NCBI GenBank assembly: GCA_032718475.1
Contig: JAUCBJ010008244.1
Location: 1-64,000, forward strand
From: Nemertoderma westbladi
Lineage: Eukaryota > Animalia > Xenacoelomorpha
Reading direction: 5' to 3'
Length of the DNA: 64,000 nucleotides
Shown here piece after piece: positions 52,273 through 64,000 of this stretch. Both the position numbers and the translations under genes were made by a program. How positions within the stretch are numbered: position 1 is the first letter of the stretch; each line of letters starts with the position of its first letter. The notes beneath the pieces were generated by a model. It saw nothing but the letters and a program-made list of their open reading frames with translations, was not told the origin of the DNA and did not search any database.

Positions 52273-53207
52273 ATGACTACAAACTCAGTAAACCCGGGTA
52301 AAACAAATTCATTAACACAGCCATCGGAGGCAACCGGGAGTGGAGCTGGAGCTAATGGCAATGTTGGGGCCGGATCAAATGTTCCTGTGACAAAAGTTGC
52401 TGTAAAACCACCACCGTTCTATCGCTCAAATCCCAATGTTTGGTTTCGATCTCTGAGTCTCAGTTCGCATTGGCGGGAGTATCAGTAGATTCAACAAAAT
52501 TCCATTACGTAATCGCCAATTTACCAGAGGACGTTGCTCTCAATATACCTACGGATACCATTACTTATGATGGATTAAAAACAATGATCTTACAACTTTA
52601 CCAAAAGACTAAAACAGAACTATTAGAAGAAGCCCTTGGGCAGGTTTCCCTAGAAGGACAAAAGCCCTCATTAGCGTATCTCCGAATAAAGAGGAAATTG
52701 CAGGAGTGCAACTTGACAGCAGACGATGACGTTGTACGGCACAAGTTAATGCAAGCAATCCCTATAACTGCACGGGCTGCACTCAGTGCCCATCTAAGTC
52801 TACCACCAGAAGAGTTTGCAACGTTGGCCGATACTATAATCCAGTTTACCTCCGCCATACCGGTACCTATGCAGGTTCAACCTGTAACTCAGCAACCTCA
52901 ACAGATGGGGGTGTCAAGGATAAATTATAGACAAGGGGGCAGCGCATCCAGATACGAGCGACAAACAGCTAGAAATAGCAATTATGGGTCGGCCAACCAC
53001 AATGCTGAGAGCACGATACATCCATTCAGTACTGGCCAACGACCAAAAATCTGCCGATTCCATATTTTCTTTGGTGAAAAAGCAAAATATTGTAAACCAT
53101 GGTGCCGTTGGCCAGGACGGAAACCTAACTATATGCTAAGTTCCTCCAGAGGTAATTCCCCTTCCAGCGGGCGTTCAAGAAATAACTCAGAAGGATCGGA
53201 AAACTAG
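52273..53207 (+). pseudogene. gag: Gypsy gag with one frameshift near 52450
   Basis: KPPPFYRSNPNVWF / ESQFALAG; CRFHIFFGEKAKYCKPWC; ends G GAA AAC TAG, a candidate -1 slippery site into pol. Confidence 0.88.
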
Positions 53208-56200
53208 ATACCCTCGGTATTAATGCTGCAAATGCTGAGGGGGGAATTTCTGCCGTTTTTAAATGTACCGCAGCAATCGTCGACTCAGCAAACTCACAGG
53301 AGCAATGGATAGAATTCTTAATAGATACTGGATCACAAGCTTCTATATTAAAACCGGCTGTGGCCAAGTTTTTAATTTGGGAACATACAACAACTCAATT
53401 ACATACGGCATCAGGATCAAATATTATAGTACATGGTAAAGCTTCAGTTCGAGTCAAATTACTCCGGCGAATATTTACCTGGACTTTTTATATAGCTGAT
53501 GTTAATGATAATATAATAGGGATGGATTTCTTATCCCAATTTGGACTCATACTGGACTGTGGAAAACGTTTAATTATAGATAAAACAACGCAACTTTCAA
53601 CACAATTAAAGATGGCACAGACACAAAGTTCAATGATTCAAAAAGTTTCAATTTCACATCCAGATGAACGATTTAACATTCTACTTCAGCAATACAGCGA
53701 ATTGTTTGATCCAGCTTGTGCATTTAGTGGCCCTGCAACAACAGACACTGTACATAAAATTATAACCAATGATACACAGCCAATTTACTCAAAACCACGG
53801 CAACTGAGTGGTCATAAGCTAGCAATTGCAAAACAGGTGTTTAATGATTTAAGTGAAAAAGGAATTGTTCGTCCATCTACAAGCCCATGGGCTTCGCCAC
53901 TACATATGGCACCAAAGAACAACTCAAAAGATCAATGGCGTCCTTGCGGTGATTATAGAGGCTTGAATCGTGTTACTGAGCCAGACAGATATCCAGTACC
54001 CCATATTAGCCATTTTCATAACCAGATTAAAGGCTCAACCATATTTAGTAAGATCGATTTAGTGCGTGCTTATAACCAGATTGAAATGTCACCTGATGAT
54101 ATACAGAAAACTGCCGTGGCAACACCTTTTGGGTTATTCGAGTTCAACCGTATGCCATATGGATTAAAAAATGCAGCTCAGACAATGCAAAGATATATGA
54201 ACAAAGCATTGGTTGGCCTCGATTTCGTAGTCATTTATATAGACGATGTTCTGATTCACTCTAAAACAATAGAAGAACACTATAAACACTTACAGATGGT
54301 TTTTCAACGTTTACGGCTATATGGCCTTAAGGTTAATTACTCAAAATGTGAGTGGTTGAAACCTCAGATAGTTTTTCTGGGTTATCTGATATCACATCAA
54401 GGAATTGCCCCACCACCAGAACGTGTGAAATGTCTAACAGCACTTCCAGAGCCAACCAACTACATGGAACTACGCCGCATTTTGGGGATGTTCAACTATT
54501 ATAGACGTCATATACCAAAATATAGTGTTATAACAGATCCTTTACAGACATTGTTGAATAAAACTCAACCAAATAGAAAGAAATTACCTCAGAGAAACTT
54601 TACTGAAGACGAATGGAAAGTGGAACATTCTAATGCCTTCTCAGCATTAAAAAGTGGATTAGTTGAAGCAGTGTTACTGCATTATCCATCAACCGATGAC
54701 CGCCCATTAACACTCACATGTGTCAGTGATGCTTCTAATGTTGCAATAGGTGGAGCACTACATGAATATTTATCAGAAACAGAAACTATACCATTGGGTT
54801 TTTATTCGCGGCGACTTACTGAGAAAGAACGTTCATTGGCAACCTTTGATCGTGAGTTGCTTGCAGCTTATGAGATAACGAAACATTTTAGAGATACAAT
54901 AGAGGGGCGTGAAGTCACAATATTTACTGATCATAAACCTTTAGTCGGAGCATTCAATAAAACTGAAAGTTTATCACCCAGACACCAACGACAATTATCA
55001 TATTTAGCTGAATATATTGACAGCGTAGAATTCATACCTGGAGACACCAATGTTGTTGCTGATACCCTGTCTAGGCAGGTTACTGCAACCATAGTGGATG
55101 CATTCGGTTTAGATAATATAGCAGACGCTCAACAACTAGATGAGAATATATTAAAAAACCCAAATTCGTTCAATGTTAAAACATTTCAAACTGCTTCTGG
55201 AAAATCAGTCCTCTGTGATACTAGCACTGTTTTTCCACGGCCTATTATTCCATATAGTCATCATAAAATAATTTTTAATGAACTTCATAACTTGTCTCAT
55301 CCTGGAATTAAAGCTACTACTAGATTGATAACAGATCGATATATTTGGAATAATGCAAAACGGGATATTAGACAAATGTGTCAAGATTGCATACAATGTC
55401 AAAAAGCCAAAATTATAAAACATACAAAGGCCCCATTAGAAACATTTCCATTGTCAGAGCGTTTTTCTCACGTACATACTGACATAGTTGGACCATTGCC
55501 ACCGGTTCCAAATTATCCCTATCGTTATGTTGTTACATTTATAGATCGCGCTACTAATTGGGCTGAAGCTACACCAGTTGACACAATTACCGCAGAAGCC
55601 ACGGCTATTGCTTTTATAGATTCGTGGTTCTCGAGGTTTGGAGTACCTTTACATTTAACGACTGACCGTGGTTCACAATTCGAATCAGAATTGTTTAATC
55701 AAGTATCAAAGTTGATTGGATTTTATAGACTGAGAACTAGTAGTTATCATCCAATTGCAAATGGAAAAATAGAAAGATTTCATAAAGGACTAAAAGCATC
55801 ATTAAAGGCCCGTGAATCAGATTGGTTAATGTCATTACCAATTATTCTTTTTAGTTACAGAATAACTCCATCACATATAACAGGGATTTCGCCTTTCGAA
55901 TTGGTGACTGGTACTTCTCCATTGATTCCATGCAGTCTGGTAGTGCCAACTGATGTTAAATTCAACAATGACTATGTACAGGCGCTTCACAAACATATTT
56001 CCGAACTAGGTTTTATCGCACAGTCGGAATATTTAGAACAGCCAGATCCAAATATCTATAGAAAAAGTTACATACCTACAGCATTGCAGACTTGCGACCG
56101 AGTGTTTGTTCGTGTAGACAGAGTGCGAAAAGCTTTAGAAGCACCATACCAAGGTCCATTCTTAGTGCTAGAAAGATATTCGAAAGTTTTTAAATTGTTG

Positions 56201-56413
56201 CTACCAAGTGGACCAAAAGAGATTTCAATTGATCGATTAAAACCATATAGTAACTGCCGTCCAAAACAACCAAAAGACCCGGTACTAAAAACGAAACTGA
56301 AAGTAATACATTACGACAACGCAATAGTTCCGGATGTGGAGTCAGTACCGGACGACTCGAATATAGACTCATTACGTACGCGTAGTGGAAAGAAGTATGT
56401 CAGATTTGTTTAA
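53204..56413 (+). CDS. pol: Gypsy pol (PR, RT, RNase H, IN) in the -1 frame relative to gag
   Basis: LIDTGS, SPWASP, YIDD, SDAS, HHCC, TDRGSQF, PYQGPF, TRSG. Confidence 0.93.
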   Translation, partial: LDTLGINAANAEGGISAVFKCTAAIVDSANSQEQWIEFLIDTGSQASILKPAVAKFLIWEHTTTQLHTASGSNIIVHGKASVRVKLLRRIFTWTFYIADVNDNIIGMDFLSQFGLILDCGKRLIIDKTTQLSTQLKMAQTQSSMIQKVSISHPDERFNILLQQYSELFDPACAFSGPATTDTVHKIITNDTQPIYSKPRQLSGHKLAIAKQVFNDLSEKGIVRPSTSPWASPLHMAPKNNSKDQWRPCGDYRGLNRVTEPDRYPVPHISHFHNQIKGSTIFSKIDLVRAYNQIEMSPDDIQKTAVATPFGLFEFNRMPYGLKNAAQTMQRYMNKALVGLDFVVIYIDDVLIHSKTIEEHYKHLQMVFQRLRLYGLKVNYSKCEWLKPQIVFLGYLISHQGIAPPPERVKCLTALPEPTNYMELRRILGMFNYYRRHIPKYSVITDPLQTLLNKTQPNRKKLPQRNFTEDEWKVEHSNAFSALKSGLVEAVLLHYPSTDDRPLTLTCVSDASNVAIGGALHEYLSETETIPLGFYSRRLTEKERSLATFDRELLAAYEITKHFRDTIEGREVTIFTDHKPLVGAFNKTESLSPRHQRQLSYLAEYIDSVEFIPGDTNVVADTLSRQVTATIVDAFGLDNIADAQQLDENILKNPNSFNVKTFQTASGKSVLCDTSTVFPRPIIPYSHHKIIFNELHNLSHPGIKATTRLITDRYIWNNAKRDIRQMCQDCIQCQKAKIIKHTKAPLETFPLSERFSHVHTDIVGPLPPVPNYPYRYVVTFIDRATNWAEATPVDTITAEATAIAFIDSWFSRFGVPLHLTTDRGSQFESELFNQVSKLIGFYRLRTSSYHPIANGKIERFHKGLKASLKARESDWLMSLPIILFSYRITPSHITGISPFELVTGTSPLIPCSLVVPTDVKFNNDYVQALHKHISELGFIAQSEYLEQPDPNIYRKSYIPTALQTCDRVFVRVDRVRKALEAPYQGPFLVLERYSKVFKLLLPSGPKEISIDRLKPYSNCRPKQPKDPVLKTKLKVIHYDNAIVPDVESVPDDSNIDSLRTRSGKKYVRFV

Positions 56414-56644
56414 CTAAAGGTTATACATTCCATTTTTTGGTGGGGGGAGTTGTGTAGTGGAGAAAGAACTAGGTACTGTATAATATATGTTTTTGCCCCT
56501 ACCGGTGATGTCGGCAGTACTGCACTACTTCTTTATGATTTGATCACTGATTATTATTATATACTCTTTGACACAACAGGCCTATTTCAGTATTTGTTAT
56601 GTTTATACAGATAGATCCCCAGCCTGACAGCTTAGGGATTTATA

Positions 56645-57420
56645 ACGGCACAGGAGGGGGGTGAAACTCGTCGGGAGTGAGTGGGAGAGATAGGGGTTGA
56701 GTTGTAGTGCGGAGAGAGTGCGGGTGCAATTCAAGTGTGGGGGGGGGGGGGAATAAGAGGCTGAGTGAGGGACATGGAAGTCCGAAAGTTAGAGCAGAAG
56801 TGAGGAGAAGTAGAGGAGAGTCAGGGTGAGAACAGAGTAGAGTTAGGGGTGAAAGTGTTGGGGAAACAAAAGTCGTGTGAGAAGAGCGCACGATCGGCCC
56901 GACACGGGACGCCAGATAAACAGGGTAGCGATATCATACCCATAGGGGGTGGTCTGGAAAGCCGGCTCCGAGGAAAATAGTTCCACCCCACACTCGATAC
57001 TAGGTCGAGATCCAACGGAATTGTAGCGCACTAGAGGTGGATGCTATCTTCTCACCGGGAAGATAGCATGGGGGGGGAGTGTCATAAAGTTCGTCATAAG
57101 GGCTGGAGACAACCGTGTACTTTCACTGTAAAATTCTTTAAGGTACGTAGGAACTAATGAATTACGCTTACAATCTTTAAGGAAACCTATCTGGAGAGGA
57201 ATCCTCATTAATTTTAATTGTGTACAGAACAAGGTGCGGATGTCAGCAATTGCCCCTTTATTAATCTTTAAATTACTAACGAGCTGACACGCCGTCTTCA
57301 GGGAGTGGAGTTTCATAATGAATGTTATTGTAAATTCTGGGGTCTACGCTCCCTTGTACTAATAAAAACGCTTGGTTTCCGATCGATTTCTGGCACTAAG
57401 GCCCTTCTTCAGGGAAATAA
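56645..57420 (-). mobile_element. 5' fragment of a Penelope-like element
   Basis: Hammerhead motif followed by ATG at 57316 and FLKDCKRNSLVP, typical of PLE ORF N-termini; RT not present. Confidence 0.65.
57376..57417 (-). ncRNA. Minimal type I hammerhead ribozyme
   Basis: UUUCC-CUGAAGA-[stem II]-GAAA-UCGA-UC^GGAAA; core intact, palindromic tetraloop in place of stem III, stem II imperfect. Confidence 0.75.
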
Positions 57421-58799
57421 TATATTAAATGAAATTTTACATAGTACTGCAATGAAAAGATAGACCTAATATTTAAAGTACTGATTTAAATTTCAGTCCT
57501 ACGCGCTACGCTACGGTACATTGCACGTGCCGTGCACAGTTTGGAAGGTATAAAAACTGATAAATTGAATAATGGTACCAGTATAATAGGCCTACGATTT
57601 TTTTAAAAAACACAAACAAAATCGAAAAATAGGATAAGGCGTAATAATTATTGTAGAGTAATATATGAAAAATTTTTTATTTTTTTCCATTGAAATAAAA
57701 ACTACTATAGTGAAAAACAAATAAACTCGGCGAATGGAACTGAAATGTACAGGCTGTACTGTTACTGCGTTTTGTGTAGCAGTCCACAGTACGCACTATG
57801 CACTGACTATGCAGCTCGTGCATATCTGATTGTACATGCCACGGTACATAACAAGCTAGACAGACGCACAATAGCTTACTACAGTACTATGTGTAATATA
57901 AACAGGATGTTCACATAACCTACGCGTATCACCATTCACCAACTAATTATTAATCTGTAAATGAGTAATTAAAGACGGCGTCGAGACGCCGTGAAGGAAC
58001 CGAAGTTAAACCAAACCGAAACTAATATTTTTACAGGCCATAAGCCGCTAACTATTTTTTTCAGGATATCAACTCTAAACCAGTTTCGAATCTGAGCGCC
58101 TAGTTACAAATCTGTATTTCCGCATTACGAATCAATGTGTTTGGTTAAAAATATGAGCACCTTGTCACGAATTGATATCCCTGGTTACAATTTGTTACAA
58201 ATGGTTGTAAATATGAGCACCCAGTATCAGCCAGCACTACCTATACTAATACTGTAATTTGCACGTATGTTCAGCATTTATAATAAAAAATTGCACCAAG
58301 GTAGTGAACAAAGGAGACAGGGGGGGAAGTGAACGCAAAACCCACCTTGGCGAATTAATATCCCGCCTCAATGTTAAATTCTCAATTTAGGGAAAAGAAA
58401 CTCATATATCTCATAATCTGTTCCTAGTAATTATTAAAGCAGTTAGGGCAACATATATCCTGTCTACATCAAAATTATATATAATACCAAACACCACTCA
58501 TAGTATTAATGTTGCCAAAATATAATTAGACCTCCAAACTCTGATTTTAATTGAACATTGCAACTAGTATAGTTATTAATAGTACCCTACAGTTAGGTTC
58601 ATATATGGCGAGTCAGAACTGCGAATAACCAGCGAACTTAGGTGTAGGTTTCAGTGTATGTGTGTGTCGGAAGCCAATATCAGAATATATAACTAGCCAT
58701 AGTATAATTATAATTGTTCGCTGAGAGAGTTAGGCCTCACTCATGTACACTACTCTATAACTAAAAAGTCATTCAGGTGCCCAGCTTTTCCCAGGAACC

Positions 58800-59560
58800 T
58801 ACTGTAATAGACATTCGCATTCATTGAATCCAGGGCAAACAGTTTGTGTTGGATTAAAGGAGCTATCAGCTGGGTAAAAAGTTATACAGAGACAGGTACT
58901 GTAGATACCACTCTGTATTCCCTCTGGTTTGACAGATTAATATAATTAATGTTTGCCAAGCAAGTCATTAACTCACCTCCCTCTCGGATTTTTAAATACA
59001 TCAATTATTATTTTATTATTAGCTGAGTATAGTACCATTAACGGTAACCAGCACTATGTGTGTAACTAAAATTCATTCCGCTGACCCACAACCCACTACC
59101 ACCTTGTAGATATTCCCTTAGGAAGCACGGGGAAGAGTTATTCAGCTGATGGGATAATAGTAGATTACTAACCAAGTTAATGTTTGTTTATAGTCTGGGT
59201 TGAAAGAGTGAGTGACTAAATAAAAACTTGGCACAGAAAGTACATCCTTGTTAGTTGGCCCTTTCTCTATTGAATAGAATCACTAGGCCCTCTATACATT
59301 TTTCATGCGCTCCAGCTGGTGTTTTATCATTGCGCCTATGGCGTTTTTTCGCTTATGACTATTTTTCGAGCCCACATTCTATGGACAGACATGGGACCAG
59401 CGGGAAACGATAGTGGTCATCAAAACATTGCGTTATGCAAAATTTTAACAAAATCGTTAGAGCCGTTTTTATGTTATTTCGCTTCAAAATATTACTATAT
59501 TACTATTATTACTATTACTATTACATCAAATTCTTACAGAAAGTAACCTTCGGTTCCTAA
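58800..59560 (-). mobile_element. Diverged relative of the downstream Helitron-like unit
   Basis: Shares TTTTTCGAGCCCAC, CAAAATCGTTAGAG and CGGTTCCTAA; has (ATTACT)n in place of (CAGT)n; left boundary approximate. Confidence 0.6.
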
Positions 59561-62500
59561 CTAGTGACGGGCCTAGCGGCCCGATAAGGAACCGATTTTT
59601 TATTTTAAATAATAGAGACAACGAGAATTAGTATAGAACTAATAATTATGTAAAAATACAATCATATTTCATACAATAATTATTAATAAATTTGATCTAT
59701 TATTAGTTGCTCAATTCTAGAACAAAATCGACCTGCAACTAGTGAAGACCTCGTTTTGGAATTTCGAAACCACGCTGGTGCGATGCGCGATATCGTGTTT
59801 AGTTAATAAATTGAAAACTCCATCAGTTCATGTGCAACAATTAATAAGAAATCGCGATAAATGTAATTAAATAAAAATTATTCTAGAAAAATTTTCCTCA
59901 AAAAGTATGAAGTCTTGGCATTGGTGACGCGAAACTAGGCTAGTGAGATTCAGGATATTGCGTTTAATATAAAAATCGAAAACGCTATCGAATTCCGTAA
60001 AGGCGTTAATAAAATACTGCAACTTTTTTGAAATTTGTAAAATTCTAGAACTAGAAAAAATTAATTTTTGAACGGCGCTGTTTGGGGTTTCGAAACATGG
60101 ATAGGCTGAAAGAGGACATCGAATTAAGTTGAAAAATGAATTTGGACAAAGCGTTCCGGAGTTATAGCGAATTGAAAAAAATTGACCCCCCCCCCAGTCG
60201 CCAAAAATTTACAGTAATTTAAAATTTTGCAAAAAAAAATTTTTGCGTTATTTTTGATGGCGAATCGATTGGCAGTACTGGCTACGAAAAAAAATTTTTT
60301 GAAATTTTTGGTCAGAAAAAAAAACATGGAAAAAGTATATTTTTAAAAAGATTTGATGTCTTTGCCTATGGTCAGAGAATGATCCAACTCTGTAACTTGG
60401 CAATCGCTCAAATCCATTCAGCTGAATGGCACAGTAGAGTAAACTAAAGTAAATTCCCTATACAATGTTCTGAGAGGAGAGTGACAGAGAGTAATCCAAC
60501 AATAAAACATTTTGCAATAATGTTGGCATTAATGTAGCCAACACACTGTGTACTTAAGTCATTCAGCTTACATTAGCAGAGTGAGATACTTCCATAGAAT
60601 ACATTGGGAAGAGTAATTCAGATGAGGCGATAATAGATTTCAAACTAAACCAACCACCATTTAATGTTTGCTTTGACAGAGAGTGCAGAGCCTAAACAAA
60701 CAGTATGGGTGTACTAAGTACAATAATCTTGGCAACCTCATCGATTTATACTAAGCCTTGTGTAGAAATCCATTACGTAAGCCATTTTTCATCACGACAC
60801 CAGCTGTTATTGGTGATATTTTACCATTGCGCCAATGGCGTTTTTTCGTTTATGTCTATTTTTCGAGCCCACGGCTCATGGACGAAATAGCGGAACATAC
60901 CAGGGACCTTAGAACCGCGGTATCTAGATGCTGTGAAAATTTCATCAAAATCGTTAGAGTAGTTTTGGCTGTAGATCAGTCAGCCAGCCAGTCAGCCACG
61001 AGCAATTCTTAAAGTAATGAACCTCTCGGTTCCTAACTAGTGACGGGCCTAGCGGCCCGATAAGGAACCGACTTTTTATTTTAAATAAAAGAGACAACGA
61101 GAATTAGTATAGAACTAATAATTATGTAAAAATACAATCATATTTCATACAATAATTATTAATAAATTTGATCTGTTATTAGTTGCTCAATTCTAGAACA
61201 AAATCGACCTGCAACTAGTGAAGACCTCGTTTTGGAATTTCGAAACCACGCTGGTGCGATGCGCGATATCGTGTTTAGTTAATAAATTGAAAACTCCATC
61301 AATTCATGTGCAACCAGTAATAAGAAATCGCGATAAATGTAATTAAATAAAAATTATTCTAGAAAAATTTTCCTCAAAAAGTATGAAGTCTTGGCATTGG
61401 TGACGCGAAACTAGGCTAGTGAGATTCAGGATATTGCGTTTAATATAAAAATCGAAAACGCTATCGAATTCCGTAAAGGCGTTAATAAAATACTGCAACT
61501 TTTTTGAAATTTGTAAAATTCTAGAACTAGAAAAAATTAATTTTTGAACGGCGCTGTTTGGGGTTTCGAAACATGGATAGGCTGAAAGAGGACATCGAAT
61601 TAAGTTGAAAAATGAAAACCCCATCGAATTTGGACAAAGCGTTCTGGAGTTATAGCGGATCGAAAAAAATTGACCCCCCCCCCAGTCGCCAAAAATTTAC
61701 AGTAATTTAAAATTTTGCAAAAAAAATTTTTTGCGTTATTTTTGATGGCGAATCGATTGGCAGTACTGGCTACGAAAAAATTTTTTTTGAAATTTTTGGT
61801 CAGAAAAAAAAACATGGAAAAAGTATATTTTTAAAAAGATTTGATGTCTTTGCCTATGGTCAGAGAATGATCCAACTCTGTAACTTGGCAATCGCTCAAA
61901 TCCATTCAGCTGAATGGCACAGTAGAGTAAACTAAAGTAAATTCCCTATACAATGTTCTGAAGGGGTGACTGACAGAGAGTAATCCAACAATAAAACATT
62001 TTGCAATAATGTTGGCATTAATGTAGCCAACTCACTGTGTACGTAAGAGTCATTCAGCTTACATTAGCAGAGTGAGATATTCCCATAGATTGCATTGGGA
62101 AGAGTAATTCAGCTGAGGCGATATTAGATTTCAAACTAAACCAACCAGTTAATAGTTTGCTTTGACAGAGAGTGGTGGCCTATACAAACAGTATGGGTGT
62201 ACTGAGTATAATAATCTTGGCAACCTCATCGATTTATTACTAAGCCTTGTGTAGAAATGCATTACATAAGCCATTTTTCATCATGACACCAGCTGTTATT
62301 GGTGTTATTTTACCATTGCGCCTATGGCGTTTTTTCGTTTATGTCTATTTTTCGAGCCCACGGCTCATGGACGAAATAGCGGAACATACCAGGGACCTTA
62401 GAATCGCGGTATCTAGCCGCTGTGAAAATTTCATCAAAATCGTTAGAGTAGTTTTGGCTGTAGATCAGTCAGTCAGCCAGCCAGCCAGCCAGCCAGTCAG

Positions 62501-64000
62501 TCACGAGCAATTCTTACAGTAATGAACCTCTCGGTTCCTAACTAGTGACGGGCCTAGCGGCCCGATAAGGAACCGACTTTTTATTTCAAATAAAAGAGAC
62601 AACGAGAATTATTATAGAACTAATAATTATGTAAAAATACAATCATATTTCATACAATAATTATTAATAAATTCGATCTATTATTAGTTACTCAATTCTA
62701 GAACAAAATCGACCTGCAACTAGTGAAGACCTCGTTTTGGAATTTCGAAACCACGCTGGTGCGATGCGCGATATCGTGTTTAGTTAATAAATTGAAAACT
62801 CCATCAATTCATGTGCAACCAGTAATAAGAAATCGCGATAAATGTAATTAAATAAAAATTATTCTAGAAAAATTTTCCTCAAAAAGTATGAAGTCTTGGC
62901 GTTGGTGACGCGAAACTAGGCTAGTGAGATTCAGGATATTGCGTTTAATATAAAAATCGAAAACGCTATCGAATTCCGTAAAGGCGTTAATAAAATACTG
63001 AAACTTTTTTGAAATTTGTAAAATTCTAGAACTGGAAAAAATTATTTTTGAACGGCGCTGTTTGGGGTTTGGAAACATGGATAGGCTGAAAGAGGACATC
63101 TAATTAAGTTGAAAAATGAAAACCCCATCGAATTTGGACAAAGCGTTCCGGAGTTATAGCGGATCGAAAAAAATTGACCCCCCCCCAGTCGCCAAAAATT
63201 TACAGTAATTTAAAATTTTGCAAAAAAAATTTTTTGCGTTATTTTTGATGGCGAATCGATTGGCAGTACTGGCTACGAAAAATTTTTTTTGAAATTTTTG
63301 GTCAGAAAAAAAACATGGAAAAAGTATATTTTTAAAAAGATTTGATGTCTTTGCCTATGGTCAGAGAATGATCCAACTCTGTAACTTGGCAATCGCTCAA
63401 ATCCATTCAGCTGAATGGCACAGTAGAGTAAACTAAAGTAAATTCCCTATACAATGTTCTGAAGGGGTGACTGACAGAGAGTAATCCAACAATAAAACAT
63501 TTTGCAATAATGTTGGCATTAATGTAGCCAACTCACTGTGTACGTAACAGTCATTCAGCTTACATTAGCAGAGTGAGATATTCCCATAGATTGCATTGGG
63601 AAGAGTAATTCAGCTGAGGCGATATTAGATTTCAAACTAAACCAACCAGTTAATAATGTTTGCTTTGACAGAGAGTGGTGGCCTATACAAACAGTATGGG
63701 TGTACTGAGTATAATAATCTTGGCAACCTCATCGATTTATTACTAAGCCTTCTGTAGAAATGCATTACATAAGCCATTTTTCATCACGACACCAGCTGTT
63801 ATTGGTGTTATTTTACCATTGCGCCTATGGCGTTTTTTCGTTTATGTCTATTTTTCGAGCCCACGGCTCATGGACGAAATAGCGGAACATACCAGGGACC
63901 TTAGAATCGCGGTATCTAGCCGCTGTGAAAATTTCATCAAAATCGTTAGAGTAGTTTTGGCTGTAGATTAGTCAGTCAGTCAGTCAGTCAGCCAGCCAGT
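59561..64000 (-). mobile_element. Head-to-tail array of ~1.5-kb non-autonomous Helitron/Helentron (HINE)-like units
   Basis: Units start at 59561, 61037 and 62542; minus-strand 3' end CGGGCC-GCTA-GGCCCG-TCA-CTAG; subterminal inverted repeat AGGAACCG/CGGTTCCT; 5' hairpin GAACC-GAGA-GGTTC; (CAGT/CAGC)n microsatellite. Confidence 0.8.

Larger units (their letters stand above)
51817..56644 (+). mobile_element. Ty3/Gypsy LTR retrotransposon, CsRn1-like clade
   Basis: 192-bp LTRs 51817-52008 and 56453-56644 (1 difference seen); PBS TGGTGACCCGGACGAGAT at 52010 (tRNA-Trp type); PPT 56439-56449; CHCC Gag motif. Confidence 0.95.

Noticed and set aside
59551-59594. Hammerhead-like fold at the array junctions
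   Set aside because: CUAGUGA and CGAUA break the CUGANGA/GAAA core; better explained as Helitron termini

Overview
Eukaryotic (animal-like, AT-rich) window made almost entirely of repeats and nested transposable elements. In order: an LTR end (1-388), a 46-bp minisatellite, a minus-strand host exon encoding an ShK domain, and a 32-bp minisatellite. Next is an RTE-clade LINE split into three pieces by nested insertions. These include two young, divergent BEL/Pao LTR retrotransposons (9867-26255 +; 26840-37839 -, lacking RT and integrase). Then come several CR1/L2-type LINEs (one with a 2A peptide), a CsRn1-clade Gypsy element, a Penelope-like 5' end with a minimal hammerhead ribozyme, and a tandem array of ~1.5-kb Helitron/Helentron-like units. 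The most unusual signal is in the two BEL/Pao elements. Both lack a tRNA primer-binding site and carry LTR-internal complements of the post-LTR sequence (candidate self-priming). Both carry a homologous extra 3' gene for a triple zinc-knuckle protein with a basic tail, in the env position. Element 1 also has nine sense-strand copies of a 20-nt hairpin motif, a tRNA-derived Pol III unit in its LTR, and TA...TA termini. All calls were made by eye; no searches or folding programs were run.
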